Source of the DNA: an archaeon
GTDB lineage: Archaea > Nanobdellota > Nanobdellia > Pacearchaeales > GW2011-AR1
Assembly (NCBI GenBank): GCA_030639065.1
Contig: DAOWDJ010000008.1
Location: forward strand, 1 to 38,623
Direction of reading: 5' to 3'
Length of the DNA stretch: 38,623 bases
The translations under genes were made by a program, and so were the position numbers. The first letter of the stretch is position 1, and each line of letters begins with the position of its first letter. Positions 1 to 8,023 of the stretch are shown piece by piece. The notes under the pieces are model-generated. The model was not told the DNA's origin, ran no database searches, and saw nothing but the letters and a program-made list of their open reading frames with translations.

Positions 1-744
1 AAATTTACTGGCGATACAATTGATAAAATTCAAAATAAAGGATTTGAAATTATTTACAGCGATACTGATTCTATTGCTTTTTTGCAGGGAGATAAAGACG
101 AGAAAGATATTTTGAAATTTTTGAAAAAACTTAATGATGAACTACCTGGTATTATGGAGCTAGATTTGGAAGATTTTTATTCGAGGGGTTTATTTGTTGC
201 AAAAAGGGGAACTAAGATTGGTGCTAAGAAAAAATATGCGTTGCTAGATAGTGATGGGAAAATTAAGATTCGTGGATTTGAGACGGTAAGAAGAGACTGG
301 TGTCAGCTAACTAGGAAGTTACAGAGTAATATCTTGATGAAAATTTTAGAAGATGGGAATGAAGAATCTGCATTAATTCTATTGAAAGATGTTGTAAAAA
401 AGTTGAAGAAACGGGAAATTGAAAAATCTGAATTAATGATTCGAACACAATTAAAAAGACCTCTTAATGAATACTTGTCTAAAGGTCCACATGTTATTGC
501 TGCAAAAAAAATTGAGAAAACGGGAGTACCTATTGAAATGGGAATGGTGATAGAATATTACATCGGTGAAGCTAGTGGCAAATTAGTTAGGGATAAAGTC
601 TTTTTGCCCGACGAGAAAGTAAAATATAATATTGATTATTATTTAAACAGTCAAATTCTTCCGGCAGTTGAAAATATTTTTGATGTGTTTGGTATAGATG
701 TCCGGGCTGTTATTGACGGAGAGAAGCAAGAAAAGTTATTCTAG
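1..744 (+). CDS. polB: Family B DNA polymerase, C-terminal part (5' end lies outside the window)
   Basis: Frame 1 is open from nt 1. KFTGDTIDKIQNKGFEIIYSDTDSIAF carries the YxDTDS catalytic motif C, followed by a KKKYA (KxY-type) motif and a thumb-like region. Stop is TAG at 742-744. The ORF track starts at 82 only because of an internal TTG. Confidence 0.9.
   Translation, partial: KFTGDTIDKIQNKGFEIIYSDTDSIAFLQGDKDEKDILKFLKKLNDELPGIMELDLEDFYSRGLFVAKRGTKIGAKKKYALLDSDGKIKIRGFETVRRDWCQLTRKLQSNILMKILEDGNEESALILLKDVVKKLKKREIEKSELMIRTQLKRPLNEYLSKGPHVIAAKKIEKTGVPIEMGMVIEYYIGEASGKLVRDKVFLPDEKVKYNIDYYLNSQILPAVENIFDVFGIDVRAVIDGEKQEKLF
694..744 (+). repeat. Copy A of the duplicated polB 3' end (the functional end of polB)
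   Basis: Encodes IDVRAVIDGEKQEKLF*. The 19-nt core aagcaagaaaagttattct (724-742) recurs exactly at 1017-1035. Confidence 0.85.
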
Positions 745-986
745 TGCAGGGGGTACCCTCACTATTTAGAATTATTATAGTTGGGGCAGACCCATATCTC
801 CCTCAGCTGTGTACCCTCTTAGCTAGGTTTGATATAATCTCAATCTGCTAATGACAAATTGAAATTATATCAAACAATGTATCAAATAAATTCTTTTTCA
901 CGGCGTCGTCCAGAGGACAACCTACGCCTAAATAATTTATTTGTGTTTTGGGAATGTTTGCTATTTTGTTTAAAGAATGACTCGAC

Positions 987-1037
987 ATCGATATTCGAGC
1001 AGTTATTGATGGGGAAAAGCAAGAAAAGTTATTCTGA
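987..1037 (+). pseudogene. Orphan second copy of the polB 3' end (last 16 codons plus stop), 293 bp downstream of the real one
   Basis: atc gat att cga gca gtt att gat ggg gaa aag caa gaa aag tta ttc tga reads IDIRAVIDGEKQEKLF*. By hand count 41/51 nt match 694-744; differences are mostly third-codon positions, giving one V/I change. An in-frame TGA lies just upstream, so it is not part of a longer ORF. Confidence 0.75.
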
Positions 1038-1265
1038 ATAAGGCTCAAATCTATATTTCAGAAATGCGGGTTCATATCTTCCATTTATGCCATTACGTAC
1101 TTCTTCTAATAATAATGCTTCTTGGCCCTCCGTCCTTATTGTTTCACGTACAATATACCTCTCACCTTTTTGTGGAAGAGATAAATTAAGGAATTTAATT
1201 GTATCGCTCTCTAGAAAACAATCGTCTATGCATTTTACTTTATCGCCTTTTTTTATCTCGCCCAT
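1029..1265 (-). CDS. Hypothetical small protein (78 aa)
   Basis: Intact ORF convergent with polB. The pattern GDKVKCIDD...GERYIVRE...LLLEEV suggests a small beta-rich domain. No family recognised with confidence. Confidence 0.4.
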   Translation of the reverse strand: MGEIKKGDKVKCIDDCFLESDTIKFLNLSLPQKGERYIVRETIRTEGQEALLLEEVRNGINGRYEPAFLKYRFEPYSE

Positions 1266-1356
1266 TTATATTAATCTTGATATCTTTATTTAAAGATTTA
1301 TATGATAAGTTAACATATATCATTAAAGTTATAAAACTATTTCGGCTATATTTCTT

Positions 1357-1986
1357 ATGAATAAAAGAAAGGAGGGCACAATTTTTCATGAATTAAAACA
1401 TCATTTGCCATTTACATTAAGTGCGAGTTTGTCGGCTGGGGTTTTAGTAGCTATTTTATATTTGATCAATAGAGAATATTTTGTTGGAATAGTTTCTGGG
1501 TTGTTTGGAATTATGCACCCTGCTCATGTTTTAGTTTCGGCTATGGCGACGGCGGCTATTTATTGGAAATATAATAAGTCTATTATAAAAACAGTTTTAA
1601 TTGGAATTGTTGGAGCAATTTTAATTGGGAGTTTAAGTGATGTCTTGTTCCCATGGATTGCCGGAAATTTGTTCTCTCTACATACACATTTTCATTTGCC
1701 TATTATTGAAGAGCCAATTTTGATTATAAGTGTTGCATTAATTGGTTCTGTTATAGGAATAAGTTTTGGTCTGTTTAAATTTAGTCATTTGATTCATGTA
1801 TTTTTATCAATTTTTGCAAGCTTGTTTTATCTATTAGCCTTTAGCATCGAAATGAATATATTTGCTGTTTTGTTAATTTCACTTCTAGTATTTCTGGCTG
1901 TTTATATTCCGTGTTGTATTAGCGATATTATATTTCCACTATTATTTATTAAAAATTCGCAAAAGAAATTTTCCCATTCTCATTAG
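1357..1986 (+). CDS. Polytopic membrane protein with His-rich termini; function unknown, possibly a metal or ion transporter
   Basis: 209 aa with about 6 hydrophobic helices. Carries HELKHH at the N-terminus and HSH at the C-terminus. Shares a 4-nt tail-to-tail overlap with the next gene. Confidence 0.6.
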   Translation: MNKRKEGTIFHELKHHLPFTLSASLSAGVLVAILYLINREYFVGIVSGLFGIMHPAHVLVSAMATAAIYWKYNKSIIKTVLIGIVGAILIGSLSDVLFPWIAGNLFSLHTHFHLPIIEEPILIISVALIGSVIGISFGLFKFSHLIHVFLSIFASLFYLLAFSIEMNIFAVLLISLLVFLAVYIPCCISDIIFPLLFIKNSQKKFSHSH

Positions 1987-3116
1987 ATTTGGAATTTATG
2001 CCGAATATAATCTACTAAAGAACTTCCTTCTAGTTTAACACTTGCGGGCCCATTTCTTATATAAAATTCCTCTTCATTAGTACTTTTTAGAAAAACTCTT
2101 TTCTGGCTTTCATCACAAGTTACCAAAATTATTTTTTCTCTTTCTATCTGGATTATTTCGAATTTAATAAATGGAAGAAACTCATTGCCAATATATGTTT
2201 TTATTAAATTTGTAAAGTGTAATGCTATTTTGTCATCGTTTTGAAATCTATCATTTTCTAGTCCCAATATTCTTCCGCTATCATCTACACCTATTAATAA
2301 ATTTCCTCCCTTCGTATTTAGAAATGCTGTAATTGTTTTCAGGATTCCGAATTCCATTTTCTTGTCAAATTGTTTTGTGTGCAGGTTGGTTCTAAAGCTG
2401 GATTTAAACTCTATCTTATTGGTTTCTCCTGCTTTAATTAAATCTAGAACTCTTGTTTTTGAATCTTTAGTTATTGGCTTTCGACTTAAGGATTTAAGAT
2501 TCTTTTCTAATAATCCTGTGAGAAATGTACTAACTAATATTTGATTTCCTTTTTTTATATGAAAGAATCCTGCGATGGATACTAGAAGAGCGCCTAGAAC
2601 GTTTATTGAAATATCTTGCATTGTATCCGCCAATCCTTTCTGAAGTCCTGAATGTGCTAAGGCGTCTAACGTAAATTCAAAAATTTCCCAGAGGGCTCCT
2701 ATTGATACCGAGAAACTAAATATTAAAATTGATGCAAAAATTGGGGGAGTGTTTATCCTGCCATTTTTGTAAAGAACATGTATTACACTTAACCCGATAA
2801 GGCCGAGTGCTATCGACGCTGTAAAAGTTGTCAGAAGACTCCACCACCATATTCCTGAGTAAAATCCCCTAAGCTCCCCCATGACTAAAACTCCGTATAT
2901 GAACATCAGATAAATAATTTCAAAACCTGCTGGTATTTCTATTCTAAATAACTCTTTAAGAATTCTTGGAATAAATGTAACAAATATAGCTATGAGGGAA
3001 GTTAGTTGGATAAGGGTTCTCCCAGAGGTTAGAGAATATACAAATGTTATAAAAAGGATTAGTCTGATCGTACTCATAACTATTAGGTGAACTGCGTGGT
3101 CTGGGGCTTTGTGCAT
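1983..3116 (-). CDS. Fusion protein: N-terminal multi-TM domain plus C-terminal AlbA_2 (Schlafen-type, putative DNA/RNA-binding) domain
   Basis: Residues 1-200 hold about 6 TM helices, including WEIFEF...DTMQD..N.LGA, which recalls YjdF/DUF2238 membrane domains (from memory only). The C-terminal part GETNKIEFKSSF...LKTITAFLNTKGGNLLIGVDDSGRILGL...FYIRNGPASVKL matches the AlbA_2 pattern (E.K......i.k.i.AfaNt.GG.l.iGv.d.G.i.G...f.R.G..t..l). Confidence 0.65.
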   Translation of the reverse strand: MHKAPDHAVHLIVMSTIRLILFITFVYSLTSGRTLIQLTSLIAIFVTFIPRILKELFRIEIPAGFEIIYLMFIYGVLVMGELRGFYSGIWWWSLLTTFTASIALGLIGLSVIHVLYKNGRINTPPIFASILIFSFSVSIGALWEIFEFTLDALAHSGLQKGLADTMQDISINVLGALLVSIAGFFHIKKGNQILVSTFLTGLLEKNLKSLSRKPITKDSKTRVLDLIKAGETNKIEFKSSFRTNLHTKQFDKKMEFGILKTITAFLNTKGGNLLIGVDDSGRILGLENDRFQNDDKIALHFTNLIKTYIGNEFLPFIKFEIIQIEREKIILVTCDESQKRVFLKSTNEEEFYIRNGPASVKLEGSSLVDYIRHKFQI

Positions 3117-3229
3117 ATGATTTTTAGATGGATTATGTTAATAAGGATTATTGAGATAGAATGTAGATGTTGGATTTTGTTAATAGAGATGTTTAAATAA
3201 GAGTATATTCTGTAATTATAAGAGTCACG

Positions 3230-3487
3230 ATGGATAAATTAAAGTTAAACTATTTTGTAGATGTTGGTTTGGCGATATCTTTTTTTGCTTGCTTTATTAC
3301 GGGTTTGATTAAATGGCGGGGGTTGGTGAATCTTGTGGGTGTCTCTGTCTATAATTTCTTGCGTTTTAATAACATTTCAATATTGCACGACTGGAGTGGT
3401 CTTATTATGGGGCTACTTGTTTTGCTTCATTTAGGTTTGCATTGGAAATGGATTGTTTCTGTTAGCAAGAGCATTTTTAAGAAGTAA
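3230..3487 (+). CDS. Small membrane protein, DUF4405-like
   Basis: 85 aa with two TM helices and a conserved-looking H...G......LLH..LHWKW segment, as in DUF4405-type proteins. Confidence 0.5.
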   Translation: MDKLKLNYFVDVGLAISFFACFITGLIKWRGLVNLVGVSVYNFLRFNNISILHDWSGLIMGLLVLLHLGLHWKWIVSVSKSIFKK

Positions 3488-3540
3488 TCATAAATTCTAA
3501 TTTTCATTAATAATATAAAGCTATTTTTGTATTTGACCTT

Positions 3541-4542
3541 ATGGAAGGTAAAAAGTCTTATTCCAAATACTTGAAAGAGAAGTTTCCCCCAAAGGAAGAT
3601 TTTGTTAAGAGAATGGAGTCCTTAGTTGGTAAAGATGAGGCGCAAGAATTTTTTGATATTTCTTATACTAAAACACCGAGCTCAATAAGATGTAATACTT
3701 TGAAAATTTCGGTTGAAGATTTGAAAACTCGATTGGAAAATTATGGTTGGAAATTAAAGCAGCCATTTACAGAATTCCCTGAAGTTATGATTATTGAATC
3801 TGCTTTGAAACCTGGCGAAATTGGAAAAACAAAAGAACATATTCTCGGATATTATTATGTACAGGAGATTTCTTCTATGCTTCCAATGTTTGCTCTGCAA
3901 CCAGAGGATGGAGACTTTATTTTAGATTTGTGTTCGAGCCCTGGTAGCAAAACTACTCAGGCTGCTGCTATGATGAAAAATGGTGGAATAATTATTGCTA
4001 ATGAGATTAGTCTTGGACGAATTGGTATTTTGAATTCCAACTTGGAAAGGTGCGGTGTTGCAAATGCTATTGTTACAAGAAAAGAGGGAGTTTCTCTTTG
4101 TGAAAAGTTCCTGAAAAAAACCCAATTTAAATTTGATAAAATTTTAGTTGATGCACCGTGTTCTGGAGAGGGAACGTTAAGGAAATCTCCTAAGACACTT
4201 CAGATGTGGAATGTTAATATGATTAAGAAAATCGCCGGAACTCAAAGGCATCTGAGTGAGGCTGCACTTCGATTATTGAAAGTTGGGGGGACTATGATTT
4301 ATTCAACTTGTACTTTAGCCCCTGAGGAAAATGAAATGATTATAGATAATTTATTGAAACATTTTGATATTAAAATTGAGCAGTTAAAACTTCCATTGAA
4401 ATTTAGAAGTGGAATTTGTTCATGGGAAGGTAAAGAATTATCAGGAGAGGTTAAAAAATGTTTAAGACTTTATCCTCAGGACAATAATACTGATGGATTT
4501 TTTGTAACCAAGATTATAAAATTAAGTGAGGAAGAAAGATGA
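3541..4542 (+). CDS. NOL1/NOP2/Sun-family RNA (cytosine-C5)-methyltransferase, catalytic domain only
   Basis: SAM motif DLCSSPGSKTTQ, catalytic motifs DAPCSGEGT (motif IV) and YSTCT (motif VI), and a C-terminal DGFFV. Its stop overlaps the next start (ATGA). Confidence 0.9.
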   Translation: MEGKKSYSKYLKEKFPPKEDFVKRMESLVGKDEAQEFFDISYTKTPSSIRCNTLKISVEDLKTRLENYGWKLKQPFTEFPEVMIIESALKPGEIGKTKEHILGYYYVQEISSMLPMFALQPEDGDFILDLCSSPGSKTTQAAAMMKNGGIIIANEISLGRIGILNSNLERCGVANAIVTRKEGVSLCEKFLKKTQFKFDKILVDAPCSGEGTLRKSPKTLQMWNVNMIKKIAGTQRHLSEAALRLLKVGGTMIYSTCTLAPEENEMIIDNLLKHFDIKIEQLKLPLKFRSGICSWEGKELSGEVKKCLRLYPQDNNTDGFFVTKIIKLSEEER

Positions 4543-4955
4543 ATGAAGTGGTCGTTGTCGCATCTGGGTATTTTGATCCTTTACATGTTGGGCATATTGA
4601 ATATTTGGAATTAGCTAAAGGACTTGGTGATAAATTAATAGTTATTGTGAACAATGATAGGCAATCTGTCCTCAAAAAAGGAACAGAATTTATGCCATTT
4701 AGAGAAAGAGTTAAAATTATAAAATCTCTGAAAGTTGTTGATGAAGTTTTTGAAAGTGTTGATGAGGACCCTAGTGTTTGTGCATCTTTAGCTACATTAA
4801 AACCTCATATTTTTGCTAAAGGCGGTGATAGAAATATAGGTAATATTCCAGAAAAAGAAATTTGTGAAAGATATAATATTAAAATTATTGATAGGCTTGG
4901 TGATAAAATTCAGGCATCTTCAGAATTAATTAAAAGAGCGGAAGAAGAAAAATGA
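4539..4955 (+). CDS. Cytidylyltransferase-fold nucleotidyltransferase (HldE/RfaE domain II-like)
   Basis: SGYFDPLHVGHIEYLELAK (HxGH motif), GDKLIVIVNND, a VVDEV block, KGGD, and a C-terminal SSELIKR (ISTT-like). Confidence 0.75.
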   Translation: MNEVVVVASGYFDPLHVGHIEYLELAKGLGDKLIVIVNNDRQSVLKKGTEFMPFRERVKIIKSLKVVDEVFESVDEDPSVCASLATLKPHIFAKGGDRNIGNIPEKEICERYNIKIIDRLGDKIQASSELIKRAEEEK

Positions 4956-4986
4956 AAATACAAATTATGGACAGGGCAAAGAAAAA
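4952..4986 (+). repeat. Copy 1 of a 35-nt direct repeat covering a start codon plus 11 codons
   Basis: atgaaaatacaaattatggacagggcaaagaaaaa. The first 20 nt are identical to 5464-5483; 32/35 match overall, and all 3 differences are synonymous third positions. Confidence 0.9.
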
Positions 4987-5467
4987 TAGAAGGATTTGGG
5001 TTTTTGGTGGGACTGGGGTCGGTAAGACCACATTTTCTAGAAAACTTTCTGAAAAAATTGGAATTCTGCACTATGCTACGGATGATTTTGTCTATAAGAA
5101 GAAATGGAGCGAAAAAAACTCTGAAGAAGAAAGGATGCGAGCTTTGAAAACTGTTACTAAAAAGAGATCTTGGATTATCGAGGGCGTACATTCGCTTGGA
5201 TGGGTAATACCCGGCATAAAGAAAGCTGATATTATTATTCTCTTAAGAGCCCCACTTCCAATCATTTTTTCTAGAATTATAAAGAGGGAGAGAAGGGGAA
5301 AGACAAAAGAAGATCGTACAAGTATTTTTTCTATCCTAAAATTATTTTGGTGGGCCATAATCAGTACAAAAGGTTGGTATACAAGATACAAAAGAGAAGG
5401 GGTCCAGTTTTTTACGTTAAGTGGAAGTAAAAAAATGAATAAATTTATCAAGGAGTTCAAAAGATGA
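4952..5467 (+). CDS. P-loop NTPase / adenylate-kinase-like (FlaR-type) protein
   Basis: Walker A motif FGGTGVGKTT; small kinase-like size. Its first 11 codons (MKIQIMDRAKK) duplicate the start of the next gene. ATGA overlaps at both ends. Confidence 0.7.
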   Translation: MKIQIMDRAKKNRRIWVFGGTGVGKTTFSRKLSEKIGILHYATDDFVYKKKWSEKNSEEERMRALKTVTKKRSWIIEGVHSLGWVIPGIKKADIIILLRAPLPIIFSRIIKRERRGKTKEDRTSIFSILKLFWWAIISTKGWYTRYKREGVQFFTLSGSKKMNKFIKEFKR

Positions 5468-5498
5468 AAATACAAATTATGGATAGAGCGAAGAAAAA
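5464..5498 (+). repeat. Copy 2 of the 35-nt direct repeat
   Basis: atgaaaatacaaattatggatagagcgaagaaaaa, lying 512 bp downstream of copy 1. Confidence 0.9.
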
Positions 5499-5973
5499 GA
5501 AATTTATAGCTGGGCTTTCGAATTTGGGGATGAAGAAGATTCCTGAACTCTTAATCAAAGATATAAATAAAAAACTTTATGCCTATTCTGGAGATTTGTC
5601 GACGGAACAGATTATGGAAATTTGGAGATTGTTGCCAATTGAAAAAGTTGGACTTTATGTGGGGAATGATATAATTAATCGTAATGGTGTTCATGAATTT
5701 AGGATAAGTATCGACGGAATGCATCTTTGGAAAGAACAATTAAGTGAGCGAATTATCCAGTTGACTGAGGAACAAGAGAAGGATTGGTTTAAAGGAAAAA
5801 ATATTGAATTGGATGAAAAACAAGTTGGAAATATTGGTAATGGCTCTGTAAATGTTAAATCTTTTAGTGGAAATGATTTCGTGGGAATGGGGAAAATTGG
5901 GAGCAGTGATTCGGGCATAACTTTATTTAGCTTTTTACCTAAGGAGAGGCAGAGAAAAAGTCAAACAATTTAA
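5464..5973 (+). CDS. PUA-like RNA-binding protein (resembles the RsmF C-terminal module or NIP7)
   Basis: The C-terminal pattern GSVNVKSFSGNDFVGMGKIGSSDSGITLFSFLPKERQ matches the 'v.v....g..lG.Gk.....i.N.lPk..R' signature of PUA modules attached to RsmF/NIP7-type proteins. The family call is tentative. Confidence 0.45.
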   Translation: MKIQIMDRAKKKKFIAGLSNLGMKKIPELLIKDINKKLYAYSGDLSTEQIMEIWRLLPIEKVGLYVGNDIINRNGVHEFRISIDGMHLWKEQLSERIIQLTEEQEKDWFKGKNIELDEKQVGNIGNGSVNVKSFSGNDFVGMGKIGSSDSGITLFSFLPKERQRKSQTI

Positions 5974-5974
5974 G

Positions 5975-6895
5975 ATGGAAAAACAAGAAATAGAAGCATA
6001 TGTGAAAGCTGGAGAGATAGCTAAAGAGATTAAGAACTTTGCTCGAGATATGATTAAGCCGGGGATTAAATTAATTGACGTAGCTGAGAGTATTGATGGT
6101 AAAATTTTTGAACTTGGAGGTGAGCCGGCGTTTCCAGTTAATTTATCGTTGAATGAAGTTGCTGCCCATTATACTCCTGCCCCTAGGGATGAAAAAGCTG
6201 CTGAAGGAATTTTGAAAATAGATATTGGCGTAGCTGTTGATGGATACATTGCAGACACAGCTTTTTCTATTGATTTGACTGATGATGGAGAATTCAAAGG
6301 GATGATGGAGCTGAATGAAAAAATATTACAAAATGTGACTGATAAAATTCATGCTGGGATGGAAGTTTGCGAAGTAGGTGACAGTGTCCAGGAAAGCTTG
6401 GAAAATTGGAATAAAAATAATAATTCCAAATTCTCTGTAATTAAAAGTTTGTCTGGGCATTCTCTTGGCCAGGATAGTATTCATGATGGATTAACTATTT
6501 CTAATCATAAAAATGAAAATAAAACTATTTTGGACAATCTTGCTTTTGCTGTTGAGCCATTTGTGACAACTGGCGTTGGAGATATTTACGAAGGGCAACC
6601 TGGAGGAATTTATGTTTTACAATCTAATGCTCCTGTTCGAGATCGAGATGCCCGTGAGGTTTTACAATTTATTAAAGAAGCTTTTGTAACTCGGCCATTC
6701 TGTTTAAGGTGGCTTGTGAAAGAATTGAGTGATGAACTATCTGAGGGCAAATTAAGATTTGTTCTGTCTGTGTTAGTTAAGCAGGGAATTATATATGAAT
6801 ACCCTATGTTAATTGAAAAAAGTAAGAAACCTGTTAGTCAGTTTGAAAATACTTTTGTTGTTAATGATGGTAAGGTTATATGTACAACCAAATAA
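5975..6895 (+). CDS. map: Methionine aminopeptidase, type 2 (archaeal/eukaryotic type)
   Basis: Pita-bread fold signatures: AHYTP, DIGVAVDGYIADTA and GHSLG, plus the C-terminal helical insert typical of type-2 MetAP. Confidence 0.9.
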   Translation: MEKQEIEAYVKAGEIAKEIKNFARDMIKPGIKLIDVAESIDGKIFELGGEPAFPVNLSLNEVAAHYTPAPRDEKAAEGILKIDIGVAVDGYIADTAFSIDLTDDGEFKGMMELNEKILQNVTDKIHAGMEVCEVGDSVQESLENWNKNNNSKFSVIKSLSGHSLGQDSIHDGLTISNHKNENKTILDNLAFAVEPFVTTGVGDIYEGQPGGIYVLQSNAPVRDRDAREVLQFIKEAFVTRPFCLRWLVKELSDELSEGKLRFVLSVLVKQGIIYEYPMLIEKSKKPVSQFENTFVVNDGKVICTTK

Positions 6896-6898
6896 AAT

Positions 6899-7987
6899 TT
6901 ATTCTAACTTTGATAATTCTTTGAATAATTTTTCTTGCTTCTTGGTTATTTTTTTTGGCGTCTTTAATTTTAGATTAATGAATAAATCTCCGGCTCTATA
7001 ATGATTAACATTTTCAACACCTTCTTCCTTCAACCTGATTACTGTTCCAGATTCTGTGCCTGGAGCTATCTTTATTTTTTTAGTTCCGTCTAGCGTCGGG
7101 ACAGAAACTTTGCATCCTAATGCTGCCTGGGAAAAAGTTATCTGAAAATCCACATAAATATCGTCGCCATCTCTTTTGAAGGTTTTATGGGGCTTTACCT
7201 TAATTACAATAAATAAATTCCCATTCTCTCCATTTTTGACCGCATTTCCTTTTCCCTCAACTCTTATTATCTGGTTATTATCAATTCCTTGTGGAATTTT
7301 TATCTTAATTTTGACTTTATCATTTACGATTCCTTTCCCATTACAGTGTTTACATTTTTGAATTGGAGCTTCTCCTTCACCATGGCATTTATCACAAATT
7401 GTTACTTGACGAAAGATACCGAACGGCGTTCTCCGATTAACTGCAACTCTTCCTTTCCCTTTACAATTGTCACATTTTTCTAATTTTTTATCTTTTGCCC
7501 CAGTTCCTTCACACTCTTCACATAAAATATTTTTTCTAATTTCAACTTCTTTTTCGCATCCAAATACAGCTTCCTCAAAATCTATGATTAATTCGTATTG
7601 TAAATCTTCTCCTGACCTTGTGTTCTGCTCGCCCCGAAATGATCCTCCACCAAAATGACTTTCAAATAAATCTCTAAACATGTCTGACATATTTTCTCCC
7701 CCAAAACCACTGAATCCACCAGAACTTCTAAATCCACCAAAGCCTGGACCTCCTTGACCAAAGGCACTGTCTCCAAAATTGTCGTACTGTTCTCTTTTTT
7801 TGTCGTCTCCTAAGATTGTGTATGCTTCACTTATCTCTTTAAATTTTTCTTCATACTCTTCTTTCTTGTCTTCTGGTACTCTATCAGGATGATATTTTAA
7901 TGCTAATTTTTTGTAAGCTTTTTTTAGAACATCTTTATCGACGCCTTTATCGACGCCTAGAATTTTGTAGTAATCTTTTTCTGCCAT
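6899..7987 (-). CDS. dnaJ: Chaperone DnaJ (Hsp40)
   Basis: J domain (DYYKILGV...KYHPDR), a G/F-rich linker, and four CxxCxGxG zinc-finger repeats. Confidence 0.95.
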   Translation of the reverse strand: MAEKDYYKILGVDKGVDKDVLKKAYKKLALKYHPDRVPEDKKEEYEEKFKEISEAYTILGDDKKREQYDNFGDSAFGQGGPGFGGFRSSGGFSGFGGENMSDMFRDLFESHFGGGSFRGEQNTRSGEDLQYELIIDFEEAVFGCEKEVEIRKNILCEECEGTGAKDKKLEKCDNCKGKGRVAVNRRTPFGIFRQVTICDKCHGEGEAPIQKCKHCNGKGIVNDKVKIKIKIPQGIDNNQIIRVEGKGNAVKNGENGNLFIVIKVKPHKTFKRDGDDIYVDFQITFSQAALGCKVSVPTLDGTKKIKIAPGTESGTVIRLKEEGVENVNHYRAGDLFINLKLKTPKKITKKQEKLFKELSKLE

Positions 7988-8023
7988 AATTTTTCCAACT
8001 TATTTATTAAGTCAAAACAAAAG

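Noticed and set aside
848-1048. ORFs 848-1048 (minus strand) and 859-1041 (plus strand) in the insert between the two polB 3' end copies.
   Set aside because: They overlap each other on opposite strands, have no motifs, and one reads the polB-like duplicate in the wrong frame. I treat the region as a non-coding scar.
7933-7956. A perfect 12-nt tandem duplication (ctttatcgacgc x2) in the dnaJ J-domain, encoding GVDKGVDK.
   Set aside because: The GV-to-LKKAY spacing is the canonical 8 residues, so there is no net insertion. It is probably a local slippage or conversion event without functional consequence.
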